Positions 1-8,363 of a stretch of 27,337 nucleotides of DNA are shown one piece after another. A program made the translations under genes and the position numbers. The notes beneath the pieces are model-generated. The model saw only the letters and a program-made list of their open reading frames with translations. It was not told where the DNA came from and did not search any database. Position 1 is the first letter of the stretch. The number at the start of each line of letters is the position of its first letter. This DNA comes from a virus (Duplodnaviria; Caudoviricetes), in IMG/VR virus record IMGVR_UViG_3300049021_000015, positions 1 to 27,337 of that record. One strand, 5' to 3'.

Positions 1-401
1 GCGGCGTACAGGCCGTGGCACCGGGAGCCCCCGCCGGGGTGGGCGGTGCAGTTCTCGACGCCGTGCGCGTGCGCGTCCTCGTCGTAGTTGAAGTCCTTGG
101 GGTCGCACCGGGCGCACTTGCCGTAGTAGCCGCTCTTGGTGCCTGCCCGCATGGGGAAGACGTGGATGCCGTGGGCGGCGTACGCGAGGGCCCACTCCCC
201 GAGGGTCTTTCCTGCGTGGGGGCCACGCAGGACGGTGCCCTTGCCGTCGAGGTATCCGAGGCGGCCGTTGGCGCTCGTGGTCAGATGAGTGCCGTTTGAG
301 GTGTTACCGGGTACCCTGTTACCAATGGTAACTCCGGTAGCCTCGCCTGTTTGTCCCCCTGGAGTTGACAGAGCCTCATCCAGCGGCATAACGTATGTCA
401 C
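1..401 (-). CDS. N-terminal part of a bifunctional DNA primase/polymerase (Prim-Pol); runs off the left edge; not in ORF track
   Basis: Manual translation from GTG at 401 (AGGAG at 413-409): MTYVMPLDEAL...GEWALAYAAHGIHVFPMRAGTKSGYYGKCARCDP...SRCHGLYAA, open to base 1. ALAYAxxGxxVFP and CHGxYAA are typical of actinobacterial Prim-Pol N-termini. Confidence 0.8.
   Translation of the reverse strand, partial: MTYVMPLDEALSTPGGQTGEATGVTIGNRVPGNTSNGTHLTTSANGRLGYLDGKGTVLRGPHAGKTLGEWALAYAAHGIHVFPMRAGTKSGYYGKCARCDPKDFNYDEDAHAHGVENCTAHPGGGSRCHGLYA
365..394 (+). promoter_or_regulatory. Sigma70/HrdB-type promoter facing antisense to the primase gene
   Basis: TTGACA (365-370), 18 nt, TAACGT (389-394); predicted start near 401. 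Confidence 0.6.
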
Positions 402-525
402 GTCAGCGCTCCTATTTGAACTTGAATCGGCGTAGGAACCGCGAGAGCTTCAATGACAGAGCGTCTGGTCCTTGCAGGACCGACACCACGCCCCCGGTCT
501 CTGACCACCGGGGGCTTTGTCGTTT
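401..525 (+). ncRNA. Putative counter-transcribed antisense RNA (~120 nt) covering the primase RBS and leader
   Basis: Bounded by the + strand promoter at 365-394 and the + strand terminator at 490-525. Internal hairpin GGTCCT-TGC-AGGACC (467-481). No credible ORF. Confidence 0.5.
490..525 (+). terminator. Intrinsic terminator on the + strand
   Basis: GCCCCCGGT (490-498) / ACCGGGGGC (507-515) stem followed by TTTGTCGTTT on +. Confidence 0.65.
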
Positions 526-542
526 CTGCTCTCGCGCGCCCA

Positions 543-571
543 AGGGTACGCGGTTGATCGTCTGATGTCAA
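543..571 (-). promoter_or_regulatory. Promoter for the primase-helicase gene
   Basis: Minus strand TTGACA (571-566), 17 nt, TACCCT (548-543). Confidence 0.65.
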
Positions 572-579
572 TCGGCGTG

Positions 580-798
580 TCAACCGTCGAGGATGTGGAC
601 CCCGAACCAGGTGGCGAATCCCGCCCATACCACCCCGAACACCCACCGCCCGGCACGGGTGTTGACCCTGAACCAGCGCCGCGTGGACTCCGATAGGGTG
701 TCTCCGGGGCGCGCGTTCTTCAGTGCGTAGACCTCGAACGCGGCCCCGGCGAGAAGCAGCCCGCCCCATACGGCGTTCGCTGCTGACGAGGCGTCCAT
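580..798 (-). CDS. Small membrane protein (72 aa), lysis region
   Basis: Start reassigned to ATG 798 (MDASSAANAVWGGLLLAG), coupled to the upstream stop; two hydrophobic segments. Confidence 0.75.
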   Translation of the reverse strand: MDASSAANAVWGGLLLAGAAFEVYALKNARPGDTLSESTRRWFRVNTRAGRWVFGVVWAGFATWFGVHILDG

Positions 799-1058
799 CA
801 CGGGCCGCCGAACACCTGGACCAGCAGCGGGATGGCCGTACCGATGAGCGCGGCGGCGCCCGAGGCCATCCACACCCGCTTCTCCAGTGCCGTGACCCTG
901 ATCTCCAGGGCCGCGATGTCGGCACCGTTGCGCACGCCTTCAGCGGTCAGCAGGTCCAGCTTCCCGTTGACCTGGGCGAATTCCTTCTGCATCTCTCCCC
1001 CGAGCTTGGTGATGGCCAGCTCGACGACGAGGTCAGACGTGTTGTCCGGCGCCATCAC
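798..1058 (-). CDS. Coiled-coil protein with C-terminal membrane anchor (lysis accessory/holin-like)
   Basis: DIAALEIRVTALEKRV followed by a hydrophobic C-terminus; start/stop overlaps with both neighbours. Confidence 0.75.
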   Translation of the reverse strand: MMAPDNTSDLVVELAITKLGGEMQKEFAQVNGKLDLLTAEGVRNGADIAALEIRVTALEKRVWMASGAAALIGTAIPLLVQVFGGP

Positions 1059-1267
1059 ACGTCACCCGACAGCGAGGCACTGTCCGGGTTGCCACGTCCA
1101 CGCGCGAGCAGGCCCTTGGCGAGCGACGCCACGGCCGCGACACCGCCACCGAGGGCCGCGTACCACATGTCCACGTTGGACAGCTCGGTGACGACCAGGG
1201 AGCCCAGCGCCCCCTGGATGAAGGTCATGGCGACCCGCTCCAGCAGGTCCTTTATGTACACGTTCAT
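1055..1267 (-). CDS. Holin (r1t-like, 70 aa)
   Basis: Start reassigned to ATG 1267: MNVYIKDLLERVAMTFIQGALG...AVASLAKGLLA...SASL; ERxxxTFxQ pattern; directly after the endolysin. Confidence 0.8.
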   Translation of the reverse strand: MNVYIKDLLERVAMTFIQGALGSLVVTELSNVDMWYAALGGGVAAVASLAKGLLARGRGNPDSASLSGDV

Positions 1268-1959
1268 GCCGCTTCCTCCAGCTTCTTGACGCGCTTCTCC
1301 AGGTCGGCGAGGCGCTGCTCGACGGTCTTCACCGGCACCGTGGGGGCGCCGGGGTTCCAGGAGGCGGGGTGCTTCAGGCGCTCGGCGACGGCGCCCCGGA
1401 AGTCGTTCATGTCGAAGCTGGGGTCGACCTTCCGGCGGGTCACCTCCTTGTGCCCGACCACCGAGTTGGCGGTCCACCCGTGCGCCCGGCAGATCGCCGC
1501 CGCCCAGCGGACGGCGGCGTCGTACTGCTTGGTGGGGTAGAGATCCTTGCCGTCGCCCTTGTTCTCGATCTCGATGCCGTACGTGCGGTCGTTGCCGTCG
1601 ATGGGCTCGGCCGCGTCGGGCCGGGGGTGGACGGATGCCTCGTGGAGCATGGCGCTGAAGGCGTTCTCCGCCACGGTGCCGACGTGGTTCGCCCGGCCGT
1701 GCCCGACCATGGTCGCGACGCCGCTCTTGGCCAGGTGGGTGTGGCACAGCGGGCCGGGGAGGTCGCCCGAGCCTCTGATGCAGAAGCCGAGGCTGTCCAC
1801 GCCCGCCGTGTGGTGGATGACGATCCCGTGCACGGGGCCGAACGGCTTGCCGGTCTCGTCGTCCCGGTTGCGGGTGCGCCAGCCGGGGTTCTCCACGACG
1901 TTCACGCCCTCGGCCTTGAGGAAGGCCACGAGTTCCGTCGCGGTCAGTGGTGTTGCCAT
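1264..1959 (-). CDS. Endolysin, N-acetylmuramoyl-L-alanine amidase (Amidase_2)
   Basis: IVIHHTAG, GPLCH, RANH, YGIEIEN, VGHKE...KVDP motifs. Confidence 0.92.
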   Translation of the reverse strand: MATPLTATELVAFLKAEGVNVVENPGWRTRNRDDETGKPFGPVHGIVIHHTAGVDSLGFCIRGSGDLPGPLCHTHLAKSGVATMVGHGRANHVGTVAENAFSAMLHEASVHPRPDAAEPIDGNDRTYGIEIENKGDGKDLYPTKQYDAAVRWAAAICRAHGWTANSVVGHKEVTRRKVDPSFDMNDFRGAVAERLKHPASWNPGAPTVPVKTVEQRLADLEKRVKKLEEAA

Positions 1960-1968
1960 GTCCCCTCC

Positions 1969-2400
1969 TCAGTAGTCCCAGGTGGTGGCGCTGAACTGCG
2001 CCTGGGTGACCGCTACGGCCTCGGTGTGGTCGTGCCAGACCTCGACCCCGACTGCCTGTCCGGCCCGGCCGTAGAAGGGCCAGACGGTGGTGTGGAAGTC
2101 CTTACCGGCGGTGTCCGTCTGGTCGGTGGAGCCGGTGTCGTCGTGGATGCCGAAGGGGTCGCGGACGAACCGGGCGGCGAACTGCCGCTGCCGGGTGTCG
2201 AACGGCGGCAGGGTGATCGCGTCCCAGCTGACGTTCCGGGCCCACAGGAAGTCGCCGTTGTAGGGCGGGACGATCAGGCACATTCCCTGCTGCATCGAGT
2301 CGTCGTTGCGGATGACGGTGTCGTACGTCAGCAGCGTCCACTCGCCGGGCGGTATGACCTGCGGGGTGTTCTTCCGCTGGAGCTTCGTTTGCGTGGCCAT
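1969..2400 (-). CDS. Hypothetical virion/tail-associated protein (143 aa)
   Basis: Start reassigned to ATG 2400 (MATQTKLQRK) just after the upstream stop; beta-rich; lies between tail and lysis genes. Confidence 0.7.
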   Translation of the reverse strand: MATQTKLQRKNTPQVIPPGEWTLLTYDTVIRNDDSMQQGMCLIVPPYNGDFLWARNVSWDAITLPPFDTRQRQFAARFVRDPFGIHDDTGSTDQTDTAGKDFHTTVWPFYGRAGQAVGVEVWHDHTEAVAVTQAQFSATTWDY

Positions 2401-2408
2401 GACAAGCC

Positions 2409-2930
2409 TTATCCGACGCGCTGGTAGGAGATGAAGGATCGGGACAGGAGGTCCGTGGCCGTGGCGTTGGACGTGCCCTGTGCCCACTGGAACTGCACGG
2501 TCCCCGCCGTCGCCGAGACGATGAGGAGACCCGACTCGTAGATGGCCGCCGCGTTCGCGTCGCCGATCTGGTAGGTCTGCGCCGTGGTCCAGTTACGGCC
2601 GCTGACTCGGACGTTCGTGTCCGTCTCGGACGTGTACGTGGCCGAGTTCGAGGTGGGGCCGTGGCACATCCTCAGCCCGGTCGCACCGGCCGGGATCGAC
2701 CAGGCGGACTGGAAGTCCGGGGTGAGGCTGGTGGACTGGGGGAAGAAGTGCGCCTCGATCCGGTAGACAGCGTTCGCCTCCACATCGAAGAACAGCTCGT
2801 CGTCGTTCTGAGGCGTCGCGTTGGACGTCACGCTCTCTGTCGTCAGCTTGCGCACCACGTTCAGCTGTCCCGAGGTGAGCAGGGACGCGGTGAGCTTCCG
2901 CCCGGCCAGAAAAGTGGGGTATACGGACAC
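2409..2930 (-). CDS. Minor tail/fibre-like protein (173 aa)
   Basis: N-terminal YPTFLAGRKLTASLL pattern typical of actinophage minor tail proteins; GGAGG RBS. Confidence 0.7.
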   Translation of the reverse strand: MSVYPTFLAGRKLTASLLTSGQLNVVRKLTTESVTSNATPQNDDELFFDVEANAVYRIEAHFFPQSTSLTPDFQSAWSIPAGATGLRMCHGPTSNSATYTSETDTNVRVSGRNWTTAQTYQIGDANAAAIYESGLLIVSATAGTVQFQWAQGTSNATATDLLSRSFISYQRVG

Positions 2931-2939
2931 GATTCCTCC

Positions 2940-5159
2940 TTACAGTCCGATGACGGCTGGGTAGGCCAGGGAGAGGCGGGTCCCGCTGGCGTGGGATTTG
3001 ACGACGCCGTTGATGCTTCTGGTCACGTCGAACGTCTGCGAGAGCGCGGTGCCCACACAGGCGTTGACCCTCATGACCTCGCCGCCGACCCAGATGTCGA
3101 AGGGGAAGTCGTCGGGGTACGTGGCGCTGTCGATCCACCGCGTGGCGCCGACGTCGGTGAGCACGTTCAGCACGGTCGACGTGCTGTTGATCGCTCCGTT
3201 CGTCGAGCAGCCCTCGGTGTCGACGTGTCCGAAGAACTCGTCGTCCAGGGAGGCCACGTTGTGCGGCGTGTACGGCGACGTGGTGTACGTGATGTCGTGC
3301 TCCACCACGCCGATGACCTCGGTGTATCCCTCCACGAGGAGGCCGATGGTGTCCGGCGCCATCCATGCGGGCGGGTTCTCGATGTTGATCCGCTGGCCGA
3401 TGTCCACCGCGAGGGCACCGTTCATCCGCTCGATCGACTCCGTGAACGAGGGGTGACGGAGGTTCACCGAGATCTCCGGGTACCGGGGTTCGTCCACGGT
3501 CCCCAGGTGGACACGCCACATCGCCTGGCTGCCGAGCTGGTCGTCGCTCTCCACGTTGACGGTCACGGAATCGTCGTAGCGTCCGACGCCGTTCGGCGGC
3601 GCCTGGGTCGAGAGCGCGCCCTCGTCCAGCGTCTGCTGGCTGAAGGAGCCTCTGGGGCGCGTGGCGGTGACGTCGTTGCGGGTGTACCGGTCGTCGTCCA
3701 CCGGGTCCAGCGGCATCGAGAGGTGGTGCTGGGAGTAGTCCAGCGTCAGGACCGGGTCCTGGTTGTACATCATGGACTTGTTGATGAAGGCCAGACCGAA
3801 CTGGTCGCGCGGCTCGATGAGGCGGCCCACCTCGGCGGTCTCGCACTCCCGCAGCAGGTCCAGCAGGGTGGACAGCCGCTGTGCGCCCATGGGCTGCTCG
3901 TCGTCCGTGTACGTGGGGATGAGCGTGGACAGGTCCGACTCCTCGGACAGCCGCCGCAGGCGCTCCGAGGGAAGCTCTCCGTTGTATCCGTCGAAGGCGT
4001 CCTCGAAGGCGTCGACGTCGACGGAGCCGAAGACGGTGTAGTGGCCGACGCTGCCGCCCTGGAGGTTGGTGTCGGTGGCCGAGTTGAAGTCGGAGAAGAG
4101 GCTGAGGACGCTGCCCGGCGTCCCCGCGTACGTCGTGGTGCCGCTCTCCTCGATACCCGTGGTGATGGGGATCAGTGCCAGCTTTGCGGTCGTGGTGCCG
4201 CCGGAGGCGCTCATCTGGATGTAGACGCGGTTCCACTGGCCGCCCAGGTTGCTGGAGGTCACGCTGATGAAGGGCGACGTGATGCCGCCGCCGACGAGGT
4301 CGGAGATGATCCGGATGTTGGCGGAGCCGTTCAGGTAGACGCGGTGGCTCTCGTACGTGTCGCTGTTGACCTCGATCTCCATGAGCTGCGTCAGACCAGC
4401 CGGAGCCGTGGGGGTGTAGTAGACGAACTCGACACGCCACTCTTCGGTACCGCTGTCGGGCACGGGCACACGCAGCTTGCAGACCTGCGTCTCCAGGGCG
4501 TTGGTCGACAGGATGGTGGGCAGCGGCCCGGAGCCGGGGAGGGTGTCGTTGCTCGCGTAGTCGAAGTTGATGGTCTTCGCCGCCACGTTGCCCTCGACGG
4601 CCGACGCGGCGGACGTGGCTTCCGAGCCGTCCTCAAGCGGCCAGTAGCCCACCGGGTTGGCGGTGGTGATGGCCCGGAACAGGGCACTCTTCAGAGGCGC
4701 CTGGCCCTGTCCCAGGCGCCGCATGACGCCGCCTGCCTCGATCTCCACCCACACGTCTTTGCCGCTGGTGTCCCACTTCGACGGCCACGCGCTGATCTCT
4801 CCGTAGAAGCGGAACCGCCGCACGCCGTTGCGGACCACGCTCACGCGCACGGGGGTGTTGCGCCCGATCAGGCCGTAGTAGGCCCCGGTCGGGTTGCGCG
4901 GGCTGAACCGGCCGTCGCGGTTGTTGATGGTGAACTGGCAGCTGGAGGGGCTGATCTGTGACGCCTCGTCGGACTTGCCACGCGTGATGGTGATGCGGTC
5001 GCGGTAGTAGACGTAGGACGTGATGTCGACCCACGTGTCATCCAGGTACAGCTCCACCAGGGGATGCGTGGCGTTCGCGTACGCCCAGCCGCCGGAGGTG
5101 GGGCTGGACCACCCTCCGGGCTTCTCAAGCCACGATGCGACGCGTGCCGCTCTCGACAT
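2940..5159 (-). CDS. Large minor tail/baseplate protein (739 aa) with LamG-like region
   Basis: WVDIT...ITITRG...NNRDGRFSPRNP N-terminus, PVGYWPLEDG motif, position downstream of the tape measure. Confidence 0.8.
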   Translation of the reverse strand: MSRAARVASWLEKPGGWSSPTSGGWAYANATHPLVELYLDDTWVDITSYVYYRDRITITRGKSDEASQISPSSCQFTINNRDGRFSPRNPTGAYYGLIGRNTPVRVSVVRNGVRRFRFYGEISAWPSKWDTSGKDVWVEIEAGGVMRRLGQGQAPLKSALFRAITTANPVGYWPLEDGSEATSAASAVEGNVAAKTINFDYASNDTLPGSGPLPTILSTNALETQVCKLRVPVPDSGTEEWRVEFVYYTPTAPAGLTQLMEIEVNSDTYESHRVYLNGSANIRIISDLVGGGITSPFISVTSSNLGGQWNRVYIQMSASGGTTTAKLALIPITTGIEESGTTTYAGTPGSVLSLFSDFNSATDTNLQGGSVGHYTVFGSVDVDAFEDAFDGYNGELPSERLRRLSEESDLSTLIPTYTDDEQPMGAQRLSTLLDLLRECETAEVGRLIEPRDQFGLAFINKSMMYNQDPVLTLDYSQHHLSMPLDPVDDDRYTRNDVTATRPRGSFSQQTLDEGALSTQAPPNGVGRYDDSVTVNVESDDQLGSQAMWRVHLGTVDEPRYPEISVNLRHPSFTESIERMNGALAVDIGQRINIENPPAWMAPDTIGLLVEGYTEVIGVVEHDITYTTSPYTPHNVASLDDEFFGHVDTEGCSTNGAINSTSTVLNVLTDVGATRWIDSATYPDDFPFDIWVGGEVMRVNACVGTALSQTFDVTRSINGVVKSHASGTRLSLAYPAVIGL

Positions 5160-5202
5160 GTTTCACCTCCTGTGTCTCCGGACTCCTACCGATCAAGATC
5201 AC

Positions 5203-5715
5203 TCACTCCGACCACCGGATCCACGTGCGCATGTCAACCGCAGTGGTGGGTGTCGTGGCCCTGACACGCAGGAAGGACGAGGTGTCGATGATCGGCCGCT
5301 CGTCCGGCATCCACTGGTACGAGTAGGTGTACGGCGACTCAGACGTGGTCGAGCTGAGCGCGACGACATCGAACGCGCGGGTCGCGGTCGTCGAGCCCTC
5401 CGCCGACGCCGTGTAGCCGGTGTTGGCCGTACCCAGGGTGAGGAGCGATGCCGGGGAGTCCGGGTCCAGCGGCTGCACACCGGCCGCCACGTGCGCGGTG
5501 ACGGTGGCCGCGACGTCCGTCTGGATCAGCTCGATCACGCCGTCCGCGCCGGAGGTGTCGTCGATGGTGAAGCCCCAGGCGATGAGTTCGATCTTCCGGG
5601 TTGCCGGAGTGGACAGCTGAAGCATGGTCTTGATGGCCGTACCGGTGGTAACGGATGCCTGAGCTGCGGTAGTTGCCATGGCCGAGTTCCAGGCCGTGTA
5701 GCGGTGGGCGCCCAT
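5203..5715 (-). CDS. Hypothetical tail-region protein (170 aa)
   Basis: AGGAG RBS, Thr/Ala-rich, high-GC3 codons, directly after the tape measure. Confidence 0.75.
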   Translation of the reverse strand: MGAHRYTAWNSAMATTAAQASVTTGTAIKTMLQLSTPATRKIELIAWGFTIDDTSGADGVIELIQTDVAATVTAHVAAGVQPLDPDSPASLLTLGTANTGYTASAEGSTTATRAFDVVALSSTTSESPYTYSYQWMPDERPIIDTSSFLRVRATTPTTAVDMRTWIRWSE

Positions 5716-5727
5716 GTCTGTATCTCC

Positions 5728-7779
5728 TTACTGGCCTAGAGTTGCCTGGACATTGCCGCCCTGTCGGCGGACTTCTCCTCGCACGAGGTCGACCACGATG
5801 CGGCCCACGCTCGAACCGCCCAGGTGGACGTCGAGGTTGAGGTACTTCGCTCCGCCGCCCCCGCCCCCACCGAGCAGGCGGGCGCTGTCCTCGGTGCTGC
5901 GGACCATCGAGCCGTTCGGCAGGTTGACCAGCTCGGGGCCGCGCTCACCGACGAGCGCCATGCCGCTGGCGAGACCGCCTCGGGCCAGGAACGGGACGTT
6001 CGGGGTGCTCCAGCTGCCGCCGCCCCAGGTGGTGCCGAGGATCTCGACGGACGGCCACGTCCAGCCCAGGTTGTTCCACCAGCCGATGATCGCGTTGATG
6101 GACGCCTTGAAGCCTGTCTTGAAGGCGTCCCACATGCCCGACGCGGCCTTCTTGATCCGGTCGGGGAGATCCTTGATCGACCCGATGAAGTCGTCCCACA
6201 TGTCCCCGACGGGCTCGGCGACGTAGTCGTCCCACAGGTCGCTGAACCAGTCGCCGATGGCCTCGCCGATGACTTCGAGGTCGTCTCCGACGCTGTCGGC
6301 CTTCTCGCCGAGCCACTCGGTGAAGGCGTCCCACCACTCGGGGAGCTTCTCCGTCAGGACCTCGATCAGCTTCTTGACGAACCCGGCCACGATGAGGACC
6401 ACGACGGCGCCGATACCGGCCGCGATGAGGGCGGGGAGGAGCAGGAAGGCGGTGATGATCGCGACCGAGATCAGGGCGATCTTCAGGGCCTCCATCGGGT
6501 TCTCGGTGATGTAGTTGGCGATGTCCTCACCGAGTCCGGCGAGTCCCTCGGCGATCTTCGGGAGGAGTTCGGTGAGCTTCTCCTTGATCTTCTCTCCGAG
6601 GTTCCCGAAAGCGTTGACGATCTGATCGCCCAGGCCATCGCTGCCCTTACCGGCCTCCGTCCAGATCTCGGAGAAGTTCTCCGTCACGAACGACTTGAAG
6701 TCCGCCAGGGCCGGGATGACCGTGTCGCCCAGGAAGTTCACGAGCTTCTGTTCGAGCTTGCGCTTGAACGCGTCGAGCTTGGCGCCTGCGTTGTCGCGCA
6801 GGGCATTGCCCAGCTTGTCCGTGGCGCCCTTGGCCTTGTCCATGCCCGACGCGGCGGCGGCGGTGGCCGGGTCGAGGGCGTACAGGGAGTCGCCCATGAC
6901 GTTGGCCGGGTCGCCGAACAGGGCCGCTGCGGCGTTGAGCTTGACCTGCTCGTCCTTGGTGCCGCGCAGGGCGTTCAGGGTCATGGTGAGCGCCTCTTCG
7001 GCGCTCTTGCCGCCCTGACCCAGCTTGGCGGCCATCTCGTCCGCGCTCAGGCCGATGCTGGCGTATGCCTCGTCGACAGCGGTGCCGCCTGCGAGGGCGC
7101 GCTCACCGAACTGGCCGAGCGCGTCGGCCACCTGGTCGGCGTCGCGGGCACCGCCCTTGAGGCCCTGGGAGATCAGCCCGGTGGCCGTCGCCCCGTCGAT
7201 GCCCATGCGCTTGAACTGGACCGAGTATTCGTTGATGGTGTCGAGGAAGTCCTCGGACTTGTTGGCGCCCGACTGCATGCCCTTGGTGATGATGTCGAAC
7301 GCCTCGTCGGCGTTCTTCGCCAGGCCCGTGCGCATGAGCTGGCTGACGGCGTTGGTGACGCTGCCGAGATCCTCGTCGAAGGTGGTCGCCAGGTCGGCGA
7401 CCTTCGTCGACATGCCCTTCAGCTGCGCGTCGGTCGCGTCCGTCGGCAGCAGACCGGCCTGCATGATCTTCTGGATCGTGTCGGCCGCGCCCTGGACGTC
7501 GGTGGTGATGCCGTCGGCGTACAGCTGGCCCGCGACCTTGCCGTACTTCTCGGCCTCGGCCGGGGTCGCCCCGAGCTGGGCACCCAGCTTGCCGACGATC
7601 TTGCCCTGGTCGAGGGCCTTGGTGACCCCGGCGACCAGCAGGGCGCCAGCCGCCGCACCGGCTCCCGCGAGGATGCCGCCGATGTTCTGGCCGAAGGAGG
7701 AGACGCTCTGCTCGGCGGATCCGAGACCCTGTGCCGTGTTGTCCTGCGCCGTGACGTTGATCTGGACGTTATTGGTCAT
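5728..7779 (-). CDS. Tail tape measure protein (683 aa)
   Basis: Ala/Gly-rich helical protein, DFLDTINEYSVQF minor-tail motif, central hydrophobic segment, Trp periodicity, VGERGPELV near the C-terminus. Confidence 0.92.
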   Translation of the reverse strand: MTNNVQINVTAQDNTAQGLGSAEQSVSSFGQNIGGILAGAGAAAGALLVAGVTKALDQGKIVGKLGAQLGATPAEAEKYGKVAGQLYADGITTDVQGAADTIQKIMQAGLLPTDATDAQLKGMSTKVADLATTFDEDLGSVTNAVSQLMRTGLAKNADEAFDIITKGMQSGANKSEDFLDTINEYSVQFKRMGIDGATATGLISQGLKGGARDADQVADALGQFGERALAGGTAVDEAYASIGLSADEMAAKLGQGGKSAEEALTMTLNALRGTKDEQVKLNAAAALFGDPANVMGDSLYALDPATAAAASGMDKAKGATDKLGNALRDNAGAKLDAFKRKLEQKLVNFLGDTVIPALADFKSFVTENFSEIWTEAGKGSDGLGDQIVNAFGNLGEKIKEKLTELLPKIAEGLAGLGEDIANYITENPMEALKIALISVAIITAFLLLPALIAAGIGAVVVLIVAGFVKKLIEVLTEKLPEWWDAFTEWLGEKADSVGDDLEVIGEAIGDWFSDLWDDYVAEPVGDMWDDFIGSIKDLPDRIKKAASGMWDAFKTGFKASINAIIGWWNNLGWTWPSVEILGTTWGGGSWSTPNVPFLARGGLASGMALVGERGPELVNLPNGSMVRSTEDSARLLGGGGGGGAKYLNLDVHLGGSSVGRIVVDLVRGEVRRQGGNVQATLGQ

Positions 7780-8014
7780 CGAACCCTCCTCCCTCCTTGT
7801 CGTCCCGCTTGGGGTTGCCTCGGGTGTAGATGTTCAGGAGCCGCAGCAGCTCGGCGTCCTCCTGGTAGAGCTGGCTGGGCAGGCAGCCGAAGCGCTCGCA
7901 CAGCCCGATCACGAACTCGGCGTGGGCTAGCTCGCCAGGCTTGGTGACAGGGAGACCGTGCTGATCAACTCCTCCGGGGATTGCGGCCCAGAGGTCGAGG
8001 GCTTGTCCAAAGGG
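7769..8014 (-). CDS. -1 frameshift extension of the tail assembly chaperone (gpGT-like)
   Basis: The -1 frame is open from the slippery site to TAA at 7769: FGQALDLWAA...VIGLCERFGCLPSQLYQEDAELLRLL. Confidence 0.7.
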   Translation of the reverse strand, partial: PFGQALDLWAAIPGGVDQHGLPVTKPGELAHAEFVIGLCERFGCLPSQLYQEDAELLRLLNIYTRGNPKRDDKEGGGFDDQ

Positions 8015-8331
8015 GCCGGGACCTCGCTCGTCGCCCGGATCCACTCGCCCATGATGTCGACGAGCATGTCCATGTCCTGCTCCTGGACGCCCTCGTAGGT
8101 CGCGGGGACGTGGGTGCCGTCGGGGCGGCAGACGTTCCACTCGACGAGGTTGCGCGCGAAGATCCTGAAGATCTTCTCGACGGTCTCGACGTTCTTCGAC
8201 GTCTGAGCGGCCTGGACGGTCAGGATCTCGCCCAGGGCCAGGGCGTTCATGACGACGACGAGGCCCTTGTAGTCAGTGCTGTCGTCGAAGTTGAGCGTGT
8301 ACTTCTTGCGATCCGGGATGAAGTCCGGCAT
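7927..8331 (-). CDS. Tail assembly chaperone (gpG-like)
   Basis: Between tail tube-like and tape measure genes; LVEWNV motif; in-frame slippery heptamer. Confidence 0.8.
   Translation of the reverse strand: MPDFIPDRKKYTLNFDDSTDYKGLVVVMNALALGEILTVQAAQTSKNVETVEKIFRIFARNLVEWNVCRPDGTHVPATYEGVQEQDMDMLVDIMGEWIRATSEVPAPLDKPSTSGPQSPEELISTVSLSPSLAS
8008..8014 (-). other. Programmed -1 ribosomal frameshift site C CCT TTG
   Basis: X XXY YYZ heptamer in the correct reading frame of 7927..8331. Confidence 0.7.
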
Positions 8332-8363
8332 GGGTTCCCTCCAGGGAATCTGTCAGGTACCTG

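Noticed and set aside
15-299. 94-aa + strand ORF
   Set aside because: The opposite strand encodes a recognisable Prim-Pol N-terminus
398-925. 175-aa and 68-aa minus-strand ORFs crossing the rep leader
   Set aside because: They overlap better genes and the promoter/terminator region and have shadow-like composition
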